Of a stretch of 32,000 nt of DNA, positions 1 through 9,516 are shown piece by piece. The stretch is from Desulfobulbus propionicus DSM 2032 (GTDB lineage Bacteria; Desulfobacterota; Desulfobulbia; Desulfobulbales; Desulfobulbaceae), in contig NC_014972.1 in assembly GCF_000186885.1 (NCBI RefSeq), forward strand, positions 630,001 to 662,000, given 5' to 3'. The first letter of the stretch is position 1. Every line of letters starts with the position of its first letter. The position numbers and the translations under genes are program-made. The notes under the pieces are model-generated. The model saw nothing but the letters and a program-made list of their open reading frames with translations, had not been told where the DNA came from and did no database searches.

Positions 1-150
1 CCCTGGCGCATCGGCGTGCGAGCCGTATGCGGTCAATCTTTCGGAGGAAACGGGTGCGATTCCCGTGCTGTCCCGCAACTGTGATTCCGCCGTCGGCGGA
101 CAAGCCAGATACTCCTCGTGAACGCGGGTCTTCGTGGAATGAGACACCGG
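1..150 (+). promoter_or_regulatory. Cobalamin (B12/AdoCbl) riboswitch, probably 5'-truncated by the window edge; exact boundaries uncertain
   Basis: Core motif gga(g)gaaacgggtgcgattcccgtgctgtcccgcaactgtga followed by B12-box-like aagccagatactcc, directly upstream of cobU. Confidence 0.9.
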
Positions 151-255
151 CGCCGTGCCTGCGGCATTCCGACTGCTCCCCGACGCATCACGCTGACTGT
201 TCAACCCTGTCGCGGCCATCAGACGATCGGCCGGCAACTTTTCTGTGGTGGCTGT

Positions 256-834
256 ATGGGGCGGATTATCCTGGTGACTGGTGGGGCCAGAAGCGGCAAG
301 AGCAGCTTTGCCGAACAGCTGACCGGAGGGATGGGCGCGGAAATCGCCTATATTGCCACGGCCATGGCCCTCGATGCCGAAATGGAGGACCGGATCGCCA
401 AGCACCGGCGGCAGCGCCCCGATTGCTGGCAGACCTTTGAAGCCCCGACCCACCCCGCCGGGGTGATCGGCGAGCGCGGCAACCACGTTGACGCCATTCT
501 GCTGGATTGTCTGACGGTGATGGCCACCAACCGGATGCTCGATCAGCCCCCTTCCGTTGACTGGGAACACCCCACCGTGGCGCAGATGAACGCCATCGAG
601 GCGAACGTGCTGGCCGAGGTCGAGGCGATCATTGCCGCCGCGACCGGTGTCCGGGCCGATCTGGTGGCGGTGACCAACGAGGTCGGTTTCGGCATCGTGC
701 CGCTGTCACCGTTGTCCCGCTTCTTCCGTGACTGCGTCGGCCGGGTCAATCAGCGGATGGCGCGCGCCGCTGCGGAGGTCTACCTGGTGGTTTCGGGGAT
801 CCCCGTGCGGATCAAGGGGGAGGGGGCGGCATGA
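256..834 (+). CDS. cobU: Bifunctional adenosylcobinamide kinase / adenosylcobinamide-phosphate guanylyltransferase
   Basis: MGRIILVTGGARSGKSSFAEQL P-loop, IAYIATA, ILLDCLTV and VTNEVGFGIVP motifs; ATG at 256 preferred over the GTG at 118, which lies in the riboswitch. Confidence 0.95.
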   Translation: MGRIILVTGGARSGKSSFAEQLTGGMGAEIAYIATAMALDAEMEDRIAKHRRQRPDCWQTFEAPTHPAGVIGERGNHVDAILLDCLTVMATNRMLDQPPSVDWEHPTVAQMNAIEANVLAEVEAIIAAATGVRADLVAVTNEVGFGIVPLSPLSRFFRDCVGRVNQRMARAAAEVYLVVSGIPVRIKGEGAA

Positions 835-1607
835 AATCGCTCGTGCTCATGATTCAGTTCATGACCCGCTATCCGATTCCGCTGGAGATCGAGTTCACTG
901 CCCGCCACTTTGTCCAGGGCATGAAGTGGATGCCGCTGGTCGGCCTGCTCGCGGCCTTGCCGGGAGCTGTCGGGTTTGTCCTGGCCGATGCCTGGCTCGG
1001 CCGGGAGGTGGCGGCCATTGTCGCCGTCATCCTGCTGATCACCGTCACCGGCGGCCTGCACCTCGACGGGATCGCCGACACCGCCGACGGCCTGTTCAGC
1101 TATCGGTCCCGCGAGCGGATGCTGGAAATCATGCGCGATTCCACCCTGGGGGCCAATGGGGTGATCGCCCTGGTGCTGACGATTCTGCTCAAGTTCATCC
1201 TGCTGCACAACATTGCGGATGACGGCGCGCTGCTGGCGGTGCTGCTCACCCCGGTACTTGGGCGCATGGCCCTGACCTGGCATTCGGCGGTGGCTCCTTA
1301 TGCCCGGGAGGAGCGGGGCATCGGCGATTACGTCAACCAGACCGGGCTTGCCCAGGCCGTGGCCGCCACCCTGCTGTCCCTGTGCCTGGTGAGCGTCCTG
1401 CTGGGGATGTTCGGCCTGCGGCCGGCATTGATCCCCGTGGTCACCGTGGTCCTGCATCTGCCGTCGATCGTGCTGGCGGTGCTGTTCGCCGCCTATCTCA
1501 GGCGGAGGCTGGGCGGGATCACCGGCGATACCATCGGGGCCAGCATCGAGCTGGCGGAGCTCCTCAGTTTTCTCGTCTTTCTTCTTGTGTGGAAATATAT
1601 GCTATGA
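831..1607 (+). CDS. cobS: Adenosylcobinamide-GDP ribazoletransferase (cobalamin synthase)
   Basis: Hydrophobic protein with GGLHLDGIADTADGLFS and RMLEIMRDSTLGANG signatures; 4-nt overlap with cobU. Confidence 0.95.
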   Translation: MKSLVLMIQFMTRYPIPLEIEFTARHFVQGMKWMPLVGLLAALPGAVGFVLADAWLGREVAAIVAVILLITVTGGLHLDGIADTADGLFSYRSRERMLEIMRDSTLGANGVIALVLTILLKFILLHNIADDGALLAVLLTPVLGRMALTWHSAVAPYAREERGIGDYVNQTGLAQAVAATLLSLCLVSVLLGMFGLRPALIPVVTVVLHLPSIVLAVLFAAYLRRRLGGITGDTIGASIELAELLSFLVFLLVWKYML

Positions 1608-2203
1608 ACACGACCAAGCTGTATCTCATTCGCCACGGCGAGACCGAACAGAATAAAACCGGCATCCTCATGGGCAGCACCGACACCCCGCTCAACGATC
1701 ATGGACGGCTGCAGGCGGCCTCGTTGCGGGAGCGGATCAACGCCCTGGAGGTGGACACCATTTTTTCCAGCCCACTGTCGCGGGCGGTGGAAACCGCCAC
1801 CCTGGTATTTGGCGAGCAGGTCCCGATCATCACCGATTCCAGTCTGCAGGAATTCCACTTCGGCGAATGGGAGGGTATGCACTTTTCGCAGATCGCCACC
1901 CAGTATCCGGACATCTGGCAGATGTGGCTCACCGACTGGGAACAGACCCACATTCCCGGCGGCGAGGCCTTTCCCGCCTTCAAGCAGCGGGTGATCTCCT
2001 TTGCCGCCGAGGTGGTCAACCAGCATCCGGGCCAGCGGGTGGCCATGGTGTCGCACGGCGGTTGCATCCGTTCGCTCCTGGCCCATTTTTTCTGCGAGTC
2101 GGTGTCCAAGGGCTACTGGAAGTTCAAGGTCGACAATGCCACCCTGACCGAAATCGAATTCATGGGCAATTTGCCGATCCTCATCCGCTTCAACTACCGC
2201 TGA
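1604..2203 (+). CDS. cobC: Histidine phosphatase / phosphoglycerate mutase family protein, likely alpha-ribazole phosphatase (CobC-like)
   Basis: LYLIRHGETEQNKTG, SPLSRAVETA, FGEWEG and VSHGGCIR motifs; 4-nt overlap with cobS in the operon. Confidence 0.8.
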   Translation: MNTTKLYLIRHGETEQNKTGILMGSTDTPLNDHGRLQAASLRERINALEVDTIFSSPLSRAVETATLVFGEQVPIITDSSLQEFHFGEWEGMHFSQIATQYPDIWQMWLTDWEQTHIPGGEAFPAFKQRVISFAAEVVNQHPGQRVAMVSHGGCIRSLLAHFFCESVSKGYWKFKVDNATLTEIEFMGNLPILIRFNYR

Positions 2204-2211
2204 GAGACGCC

Positions 2212-3306
2212 ATGCACCTGCTGCAAAAGACCTTGGAGGCCATCAAACCCATCGACCGCGCGGTCATGGCCGCCGCGCAACGGGAGATCGACTATTGCCT
2301 CAAACCGCCGGGCAGCCTGGGCAAGCTCGAAGACATCGCCCGCCAGATCGCCGGCATCACCGGCAAGGTGCACAATAGCATCGGCAAGAAGGCGATTGTG
2401 GTGATGATGGCCGACAACGGCGTCTATTCCGAGGGGGTCGCCATGTACCCCCAGGACATCACCCGCATCGGCGCCGACTTCGTCACCTCTGGCCGCATGG
2501 GGGTCAATTTTCTCGCCAACTACGCAAAAGCCGACATCATTGCCGTGGATATCGGCATTCAGGTCGATGTCGACCTCCCCAAGGTGCTCAACCGGAAGAT
2601 CCGTTACGGCACGGCCAATTTCCTCAAGGAGCCGGCCATGACCCGGGAGGAGGCAATCCGTGCCGTCGAGGTGGGCATCGAGGTCACCAACGCGGCCATC
2701 GATCAGGGCTACGATCTGATCGGCACCGGCGAGATCGGCATCGGCAACACCACTGCCAGCAGCGCCGTGCTCTACGCCTTCACCGGTGCGCCCATCGACC
2801 GGGTGGTGGGGCGGGGCGCGGGCCTGACCGACGAGGCCTTTGCCCGCAAGAAGGCGGTGGTCCAGGAGGCGGTGCGGCTGCATCGGCCCGACCCGGACGA
2901 TGCCCTGGATGTGCTGTCCAAGGTGGGCAGCCTCGATATCGCCGGCATGGCCGGCACCTACCTGGCCTGCGCCGCCCGGCGGGTGCCGGTGCTCACCGAC
3001 GGATTGATCTCCAACGTGGCGGCGCTGGTGGCCATGCGCCTTAAGCCCGAGACGGTCGAGTACATGATCCCCTCGCACATCTCCTTTGAACCGGGGGCCA
3101 AACTGCTCAAGGAGATCACCGGCCTGGAACCGATGATCGACATGGACATGCGTCTGGGCGAGGGCACCGGCTGCGCCCTGGTGTTTTCCATCGTCGAGGC
3201 GGCGCTGCGCATGATCGAGGAAATGGGCACCTTTGCCGTCATAGGAAAAACACGCGATGAAATTGGGGACCACATCATGGCTTACCGGGGAAAATTTCCT
3301 CGATAA
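2212..3306 (+). CDS. cobT: Nicotinate-nucleotide--dimethylbenzimidazole phosphoribosyltransferase
   Basis: PPGSLGKLEDIARQIAGI, MADNGVYSEGVAMYP, GEIGIGNTTASSAV, GRGAGLTDE and PYMIPSH/SFEPGAKLL-like motifs. Confidence 0.95.
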   Translation: MHLLQKTLEAIKPIDRAVMAAAQREIDYCLKPPGSLGKLEDIARQIAGITGKVHNSIGKKAIVVMMADNGVYSEGVAMYPQDITRIGADFVTSGRMGVNFLANYAKADIIAVDIGIQVDVDLPKVLNRKIRYGTANFLKEPAMTREEAIRAVEVGIEVTNAAIDQGYDLIGTGEIGIGNTTASSAVLYAFTGAPIDRVVGRGAGLTDEAFARKKAVVQEAVRLHRPDPDDALDVLSKVGSLDIAGMAGTYLACAARRVPVLTDGLISNVAALVAMRLKPETVEYMIPSHISFEPGAKLLKEITGLEPMIDMDMRLGEGTGCALVFSIVEAALRMIEEMGTFAVIGKTRDEIGDHIMAYRGKFPR

Positions 3307-3898
3307 CGCCCGTCTGGTGGCCGGGCAGGTCGATTTTGTCGAACTACTGGTCTATACCTGGGACCGGGCGATGCGCGCCAAGGTTGGCGGGTGGCTCGAT
3401 GGCCTGGCCGGTCTGGATCTCGAATACACGGTCCATCTGCCCACTGATACGGCGGCAAACGCCCAGGCCGCGGCCCGTTTTTTCGCCGACAGCACCTTTC
3501 CCCTGCTCAACATGACCCTGCATCCGCTGCCGGGATGGCGGCAAGTGGACTGGCCAGCCCTTGTGGCGATGGAAAACCTGATCGACCGGATCGAGTTCCA
3601 CCCGCGCTTCACCTTTGATCTCACCCACAGCCTGCTGGGCAGGCCGCTGCCCGAACACTATCATCCCCACATCGTCGAACTGCATCTCTCCGGCACCGAC
3701 GGCCGTATCGATCATCTGCCGCTCGACGAGGCCACCCTGCGCCGGGCGATGCCGCTGCTTTGCGAGAACATGCTGGTTTGCTGCGAAATTTTTGATCTAA
3801 ACGATGCCCTGCGTGCGGTCGAGGCAATAAGGCGGACGGCCGATGCGGCCGGCAGGGGAAGCCGGTCGGCATCCAATCAGGCGGCTGGCGGGGACTGA
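3257..3898 (+). CDS. cbiR: Putative cobamide-remodeling hydrolase CbiR-like (AP-endonuclease-2/TIM-barrel superfamily)
   Basis: N-terminus MKLGTTSWLTGENFLDNARLVAGQVDFVELLVYTWD, internal EYTVHLPTD and DLTHSLLG; overlaps the cobT 3' end by 50 nt and sits in a B12 nucleotide-loop operon. Family assignment from recall plus context. Confidence 0.6.
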   Translation: MKLGTTSWLTGENFLDNARLVAGQVDFVELLVYTWDRAMRAKVGGWLDGLAGLDLEYTVHLPTDTAANAQAAARFFADSTFPLLNMTLHPLPGWRQVDWPALVAMENLIDRIEFHPRFTFDLTHSLLGRPLPEHYHPHIVELHLSGTDGRIDHLPLDEATLRRAMPLLCENMLVCCEIFDLNDALRAVEAIRRTADAAGRGSRSASNQAAGGD

Positions 3899-4042
3899 CC
3901 GGCGCATCCGGATCACAACGGCCGGCAGGAAGACAGCTGGTCGACCGCCGCGCAAGCGGGTGGACAAAGGCGGGGAGGCGCACTACAGTATGGCCATGAC
4001 CGCGGCATGCGGTTTCCTTTTTTCTCCATCCCCGGCACGATC

Positions 4043-4699
4043 ATGGCGCATATTCCCTCCACCTCCCGCTACAGCAAGGGCGAAGAAATCGCCAACAGTT
4101 TCACCCACGGCCTGGGCACGGTGCTCGCCATCGGCGGCCTGGTGGTGCTCATCGTTTTCGCGGCCCTTCACGGCAATGCCTGGCACATCGTCAGCTGTTC
4201 CATCTTCGGCGCGGCCCTGATTCTTCTCTACCTGGCCTCGACCCTGTATCACGCCATTCAGCACCCGGGCGTCAAGCCCCTCCTGCGAATACTCGATCAT
4301 TCGGCCATTTTGGTGCTCATCGCCGGCACCTATACCCCGATCACCCTGATCAGTCTGCGCGGCCCATGGGGCTGGACCTTGTTTGGCCTCATCTGGGGGT
4401 TGGCGGCGGTGGGAATCGTGATCGAGGCAACGCGGCTGCGTCGCTTTCGCGGGTGGCTGATCGCGCTGTACGTGATCATGGGGTGGGCGGTGGTGGCCGC
4501 GGTCAAGCCGATGATGGACAACGTCGACCGGGGCGGATTGTGGCTGCTGCTGGCCGGCGGTTTGGCCTACACCGGCGGCATCGCCTTCTATCTCTGGCGT
4601 CGCCTACCGTACAACCATGCCATCTGGCATCTGTTTGTCCTGGCGGGCAGCGTTCTCCACTATTTCGCCATTCTGCTGTACGTGATTCCCCGGGCGTAG
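4043..4699 (+). CDS. Hemolysin III / PAQR family membrane protein
   Basis: YSKGEEIANSFTHGLGT, LASTLYHAI, ILDHSAILVLIAGTYTP and HAIWHLFVLAGSVLHYFAI motifs; multiple TM segments. Confidence 0.9.
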   Translation: MAHIPSTSRYSKGEEIANSFTHGLGTVLAIGGLVVLIVFAALHGNAWHIVSCSIFGAALILLYLASTLYHAIQHPGVKPLLRILDHSAILVLIAGTYTPITLISLRGPWGWTLFGLIWGLAAVGIVIEATRLRRFRGWLIALYVIMGWAVVAAVKPMMDNVDRGGLWLLLAGGLAYTGGIAFYLWRRLPYNHAIWHLFVLAGSVLHYFAILLYVIPRA

Positions 4700-4765
4700 G
4701 GGGAAGTTCAAGCGCCAAGACGCGGGCCGGGCGCGGAGCCTGTTCGCGCGCGACCCGTTTTTCCG

Positions 4766-5299
4766 TCAGCTTCGTTGGCCGAACTGCTCGTAGCTCACCT
4801 GATTGAAACAGAGCGAGGAGCGGGGATGGCCGCTCTTCTTATCCACCGGATACCCGATACCGACAACGGCCAGCACCATCATGCCTTCGGGCAGGCCAAA
4901 CAGCTCGCTCAGATAGGCCTGGGAGCTGATGCTGTCCTCGCGCTGGCGGAGCCGGATCTGCACCCAGCAGCTGCCCAAACCGAGATCGGTGGCCTCAAGG
5001 TGGATCAGGGTGGCGGCAATCGAGGCATCCTCCACCCACACGTCGCTCTTGGCCGGATCGGCGCAAACCACGATCGCCAGCGGCGCGCCGCCGAGAAAGG
5101 TGGCGCCGTGGGCCTTGGCCACCGATAGGCGTTCCAGCCGATCACGGTCGGTGACCACGATGAATTCCCAGGGGTTGTTGCCCTTGGAGGAGGGCGAGCG
5201 CAGGGCCGCCTCCAGGAGGAGATCGAGTTTTTCCGGTTCCACCGGCTGCTGAGTGAAGCGGCGGATGCTTCTGCGGGCGCGTAAGAGATCGATCAGCAT
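4766..5299 (-). CDS. Nitroreductase family protein
   Basis: MLIDLLRARRSIRRFTQQPVEPEKLDLLLEAALRSPSSKGNNPWEFIVV; FMN-dependent nitroreductase fold motifs. Start could be 5311. Confidence 0.88.
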   Translation of the reverse strand: MLIDLLRARRSIRRFTQQPVEPEKLDLLLEAALRSPSSKGNNPWEFIVVTDRDRLERLSVAKAHGATFLGGAPLAIVVCADPAKSDVWVEDASIAATLIHLEATDLGLGSCWVQIRLRQREDSISSQAYLSELFGLPEGMMVLAVVGIGYPVDKKSGHPRSSLCFNQVSYEQFGQRS

Positions 5300-5325
5300 G
5301 GGATTCCTCATTGTGTTTGTGGTTG

Positions 5326-6030
5326 TCAGGCCAGGGCAGTGGCGATTTCGTGCTGGATGGCCCTGATGCAGGCCTCAGGATCGGCGGCGTCGCGGATGGG
5401 CCGACCGATGACCAGGTAGTCGGCGCCATCGGCAATGGCCCGGCCCGGGGTGGCCACCCGCTGCTGGTCGTTCAGAGCGGCTCCGGCGGGGCGGATGCCG
5501 GGAGTGACCATGACAAAGTCCTGGCCCAGCTGGCCGCGCAACAGCATCGCCTCACGCGCCGAGCAGACCACCCCGTGGCAACCCAATCCGAGCACGGTCT
5601 CGGCCCGCCGCAGCACCAGGTCATCCACCGAACCCTGGAATTGCAGTTCGTTCACCTGCTCGGCGCCGAAGCTGGTGAGCACGGTCACCGCCAGGATCTG
5701 GATACCGGTGTCCGCGGCCAGAGCCGCCTCGACCACCGGGCCGTAGCCGTGCACGGTGGTGAAGGTGATGCCCCGATCGGCGAACTGACGCACCGCCAAC
5801 TGCACCGTGGCCGGGATGTCGTAAAGTTTGAGATCGAGCATCACCTTGCACCCCTTGCGGACGATATGCTCGACCACCGGCCAACCGCCGGCAAAGAAGA
5901 GTTGCAGGCCGACCTTGAAGAAACGGATGGAACCGGAGAGCTGGTCCACCAGGGCCAGGGCCTCGCGTGGATCGGCCACATCGAGGGCGAAGATGATGCG
6001 TTCCTCCAGCGGAATGTCGGTGGCGTTCAT
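5326..6030 (-). CDS. pyrF: Orotidine 5'-phosphate decarboxylase
   Basis: IIFALDV, VMLDLKLYDIPATV, VHGYG, VTPGIRPAG and YLVIGRPI motifs. Confidence 0.95.
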   Translation of the reverse strand: MNATDIPLEERIIFALDVADPREALALVDQLSGSIRFFKVGLQLFFAGGWPVVEHIVRKGCKVMLDLKLYDIPATVQLAVRQFADRGITFTTVHGYGPVVEAALAADTGIQILAVTVLTSFGAEQVNELQFQGSVDDLVLRRAETVLGLGCHGVVCSAREAMLLRGQLGQDFVMVTPGIRPAGAALNDQQRVATPGRAIADGADYLVIGRPIRDAADPEACIRAIQHEIATALA

Positions 6031-6359
6031 GCCTGAATCATCTCCTCGCTGAGCATCCGGTCGGCAAAATCGAGCACGAACTGGCGCTGGGCCGGGGTCG
6101 CCTGGGCGATGCACGAACAGTGCATGGTGCTGGCGCTGCGGACCAGCAGTTCAAAGCGGATGGCATTCTGTTCCAGGACCACGGTGAAATAGAAGGGGCC
6201 GCATTCTGTATGTCCCTGCTGCTCGGGCCCCAGCAGATCCGACGGCACGTTGAGGAAGAACACGCCATCCAGGCCGCCCGGCTTCAGGGTCCGTTTGAGA
6301 TAGCTGTCGAGGTTGTCGCGTTCGAGAAAGGAGATTTCGTCGATCATGTACTGGCGCAT
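6027..6359 (-). CDS. Hypothetical protein, 110 aa, 4-nt overlap with pyrF
   Basis: Intact ORF translationally coupled to pyrF; no recognised family. Confidence 0.6.
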   Translation of the reverse strand: MRQYMIDEISFLERDNLDSYLKRTLKPGGLDGVFFLNVPSDLLGPEQQGHTECGPFYFTVVLEQNAIRFELLVRSASTMHCSCIAQATPAQRQFVLDFADRMLSEEMIQA

Positions 6360-6395
6360 GGTTGTGTCCTTGGCTGCATGGAACGCAGCGTTTTC

Positions 6396-7709
6396 TTACA
6401 GATATTCCGCCGCCAGCGAGGCCAGATGGCTGCGCTCGGAGCGGGTCAGGGTGATATGGCCGCAGGCTTCCTGGCCCTTGAGCCGTTCCACCGTGTAGCT
6501 CAGGCCGTTGCTGCTGGCGTCCAGATACGGGTTGTCGATCTGCTCGGGGTCGCCGGTGAGCACCATCTTGGTCCCCTCGCCCGCCCGGCTGATGATGGTT
6601 TTGACCTCGTGCGGGGTCAGGTTCTGGGCCTCGTCGATGATCACGTACTGGCGCGAGATCGAGCGGCCGCGAATATAGGTCAAGGCTTCGAGTTCGATCC
6701 GGTCTTCCTTGAGCAGCCGCTTGATGCCCAGCTCGGCGGCCGCGTCCTGTTTGCCGCCGTTGGTCAGGCCCATCAGGTAGGAGAGGTTGTCGAAGATCGG
6801 CTGCATCCACAGCTGCATCTTTTCGTCCTTGGTGCCGGGCAGATAGCCGATGTCGCGGCCAAGCGGGATCACCGGCCGGGACACGAGCAGTTTTTCATAA
6901 CGGCTGGATTTGAGGGTGTTGGCCATGCCGGCGGCCAAGGCCAGCAGGGTCTTGCCGGTGCCGGCCTGGCCGATCAGCGAGACCAGCGATACCTCCGGAT
7001 CCATCAACAGTTCCAGGGCGGCACGTTGTTCCATGCTCCGGGGGCGGAGGTTGGAGGCACTGTCAAACACCGGATTGAGCGCCTTGAGCCGGTTCACGGC
7101 CACGGCCCGGCCGACGCCGGTGTGCTTGTCGTTGGCCGCGTCGATCAGCAGCACGAATTCGTTGGGCTGGAAGGTTTCTCCCTCCACCAGCAGTTCCTTG
7201 CTCTGATACAGCCGGTCCACCTCGGCCGCCGATACCGTGAGCCTGCGGCAGCCGGTGTACAGCTGGTCGAAATCGGCCTTTTCCTTTTCAAAATCCTGCA
7301 CCTCGATGCCCAGGGCATCGGCCTTGAGGCGGGCATTGATGTCCTTGGACACGAAAATCACCCGCTTGCCCTCGCGCAGCAGCCGATAGGCGGTGGCGAT
7401 GATCCGGTTGTCCGGGATGTTGAGGTCAATGCAGGTGCCGCAGTCCTCCTCCTTTTCCATGGTGATCCACACCACGCCGCCGTCGCTGGTGGGCACCCCC
7501 TTGCCCAGGCTGCCCTGGCCGCGCAGCCGGTCGAGGCTGCGGATCACGCCGCGGGCGTTGCGGCCCAGTTCGTCGTTGTTCTTCTTGAATTTATCCAGCT
7601 CCTCGATCACCGTCATCGGCAGGACCACGGTATTGTCGGCAAAGCAGGTGATGGCGTCGCTGTTGTGCAGGAGCACGTTGGTGTCGAGGACAAAATATTT
7701 GGTGGCCAT
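6396..7709 (-). CDS. PhoH family protein with N-terminal PIN domain (PhoH2-type)
   Basis: KYFVLDTNVLLHN (PIN) plus SLIGQAGTGKTLLALAAG (Walker A), YVIIDEAQNLTPHEVKTIISRAGEGTKMVLTGDPEQID (Walker B/PhoH). Confidence 0.93.
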   Translation of the reverse strand: MATKYFVLDTNVLLHNSDAITCFADNTVVLPMTVIEELDKFKKNNDELGRNARGVIRSLDRLRGQGSLGKGVPTSDGGVVWITMEKEEDCGTCIDLNIPDNRIIATAYRLLREGKRVIFVSKDINARLKADALGIEVQDFEKEKADFDQLYTGCRRLTVSAAEVDRLYQSKELLVEGETFQPNEFVLLIDAANDKHTGVGRAVAVNRLKALNPVFDSASNLRPRSMEQRAALELLMDPEVSLVSLIGQAGTGKTLLALAAGMANTLKSSRYEKLLVSRPVIPLGRDIGYLPGTKDEKMQLWMQPIFDNLSYLMGLTNGGKQDAAAELGIKRLLKEDRIELEALTYIRGRSISRQYVIIDEAQNLTPHEVKTIISRAGEGTKMVLTGDPEQIDNPYLDASSNGLSYTVERLKGQEACGHITLTRSERSHLASLAAEYL

Positions 7710-7746
7710 GCAACTCCCGGACGTTGAAAGGATGGATGAAGGTTTA

Positions 7747-8853
7747 TTACAGGTCAAGGCTGGTGGTGTCGCGGTTGAGCACCTCGCACCCCTGGTCGGT
7801 GACGATCACCATGTTTTCCAGGCGGATACCGCCCCAGTCGGCCAGGTAGAGGCCGGGTTCGACCGTGACCACCATGCCGGCGCGCAACTGCTTGGTGCCG
7901 CGTGGCGACAGACGGGGTTCCTCATGGACCGCGATGCCCACTCCATGGCCCAAGCCGTGGCCAAAGACCGGGTAACCGGCGTCGATCAGCACCTGGCGCG
8001 CGGCCCGGTCGACCGCCGCCCCGGTCACTCCGGGACGAATGGCGGCGATGCCGGCCAGCATGGCCTGCCGTACCGCCCGGTGGCGGTCGATGAAGGTCTG
8101 GTCCGGCTTGCCGGCGACGAAGGTGCGGGTCATGTCCGAACAGTAGCCCCGGTACACCAAGCCCATGTCGATCAGCACCAGGTCGCCCGCCCGCAGCTCG
8201 CGGTCCGTGGGCACGGCGTGCGGTCGGGCGGCGTTGGTGCCGAAGGCGACGATGGTGTCGAAGCTCGGTCCTTCCGCGCCCATCTCCCGCATGGTCAGCT
8301 CCAGGGCCAGGGCAATCTCCCGTTCGGTCATCCCCGGTTCGATGGTGTGGTAGACCGACTGGAAGACTGTCTCGTTGAGGCGGGTGGACTGGCGGAGCAC
8401 GTCCAGTTCGTGCTCGTCCTTGATCATCCGCATTTGCTCGACCAGGCCTCGTTCAGGCCGCAGGGTCAGCCCCCGTTTCTTGGCCAGGGCCGAAAGGCGG
8501 AGGAAGACGGAATGGAGAAAGTAGTCGCTCTCAAAGGCCAGGGTGCGCAGATCCAGTTTGCGCGCCAACTGCTCCAGCAGCGTGAGCATTCCCTTGCGGT
8601 ACATCTCCACCTTGAACAGCGGCGCCTCGGCCTCGGCCTGGAGGGTGAAGCGCGAGTCGGTCAGCAGCAGGGGGCTCCCCGCCACGGGGATGAGCAGGAA
8701 ACCCGCGCTCTCCTGAATGCCGTGATCCGGGGCGGTGTAGCCGCTCAGGTAGCGGCGGTTGTCCGGCTGGGAGACCAGCAGGGCGTCGATCCCCCTGCGC
8801 CGCAGGGTGTGCCGCAGGCGGGAGAGCCGGTCGCGGCCGGCATCACCATCCAT
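7747..8853 (-). CDS. pepP: M24 family Xaa-Pro aminopeptidase
   Basis: RGIDALLVSQPDNRRYLSGYT, LVLIDMGLVYRGYCSDMTRT, FGHGLGHGVGIAVHEEP and GMVVTVEPGLYL motifs. Confidence 0.88.
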   Translation of the reverse strand: MDGDAGRDRLSRLRHTLRRRGIDALLVSQPDNRRYLSGYTAPDHGIQESAGFLLIPVAGSPLLLTDSRFTLQAEAEAPLFKVEMYRKGMLTLLEQLARKLDLRTLAFESDYFLHSVFLRLSALAKKRGLTLRPERGLVEQMRMIKDEHELDVLRQSTRLNETVFQSVYHTIEPGMTEREIALALELTMREMGAEGPSFDTIVAFGTNAARPHAVPTDRELRAGDLVLIDMGLVYRGYCSDMTRTFVAGKPDQTFIDRHRAVRQAMLAGIAAIRPGVTGAAVDRAARQVLIDAGYPVFGHGLGHGVGIAVHEEPRLSPRGTKQLRAGMVVTVEPGLYLADWGGIRLENMVIVTDQGCEVLNRDTTSLDL

Positions 8854-8854
8854 C

Positions 8855-9442
8855 TCAGGCTCCGGTCCAGGCCTTGAGCTGGGCCTTGAACTGCTCCAGG
8901 GCTTGCCCGTACTGTCCGTCCAGATCAGCCTCCAGCCGGCTCCACTGCTCCTTGAATTGGGGCTCCATGGTTGGGTCGATTTTCATGCCGTCGGCCTTCA
9001 GCCCCTTGCGCATCAACAGCTGCTCGATCTGCATCCGCATCTGTTCCTTGAGCTGCTCGTAGAGCTGCTGGCGGTGCTGGCCGTATTGGGAGGCGATGGT
9101 CTGCAATTCGCGGCACAAGGCGGCAATGTCGGGGGTCCCCTGGTTGAGCTCGATCAGACCCTTGACCGCCTGCTCGATTCGTTTGATACCATCCTCGTCG
9201 CGGGGCAGAAAGAGGTTGCGCAGCAGGGCGGTCAGCATGCCTTTGCGGATCGATTCCCGCTGATCCGGCTCCTGCGCGGCCAGGACATCGGTGAGCGAAT
9301 CCTTGGTGCCGTTCAGGTAGTCGGCGGTCAGCTGCATGCCTTTTTTCAGGTTTTCTTCGTGGCGCATCTCGTCCGGCGTGGCCATGCCCATGCGGGCGGC
9401 CCGTTCCATGACCAGGTCCATGGTTGATCGTATTCCAGCCAT
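8855..9442 (-). CDS. Conserved-looking hypothetical protein, 195 aa
   Basis: ORF immediately upstream of the aminopeptidase gene on the same strand; helical, Met/Gln-rich C-terminus. Confidence 0.65.
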   Translation of the reverse strand: MAGIRSTMDLVMERAARMGMATPDEMRHEENLKKGMQLTADYLNGTKDSLTDVLAAQEPDQRESIRKGMLTALLRNLFLPRDEDGIKRIEQAVKGLIELNQGTPDIAALCRELQTIASQYGQHRQQLYEQLKEQMRMQIEQLLMRKGLKADGMKIDPTMEPQFKEQWSRLEADLDGQYGQALEQFKAQLKAWTGA

Positions 9443-9516
9443 TGGTGGATTCTCCTCAAAAGGGTTGGTGGTGCGTGTGGCCCACGAATATAAACACTGT
9501 CGGTGGAAACTACAAG

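Noticed and set aside
118-255. GTG-initiated N-terminal extension of cobU
   Set aside because: Overlaps the riboswitch and adds non-conserved residues; the ATG at 256 gives the family-typical N-terminus.
6120-9427. Long plus-strand ORFs (535 aa at 6120..7727; 494 aa at 7393..8877; 222 aa at 8759..9427)
   Set aside because: Antisense shadows of the PIN-PhoH, aminopeptidase and hypothetical genes in high-GC DNA; His/Gly/Val-rich translations with no family motifs.
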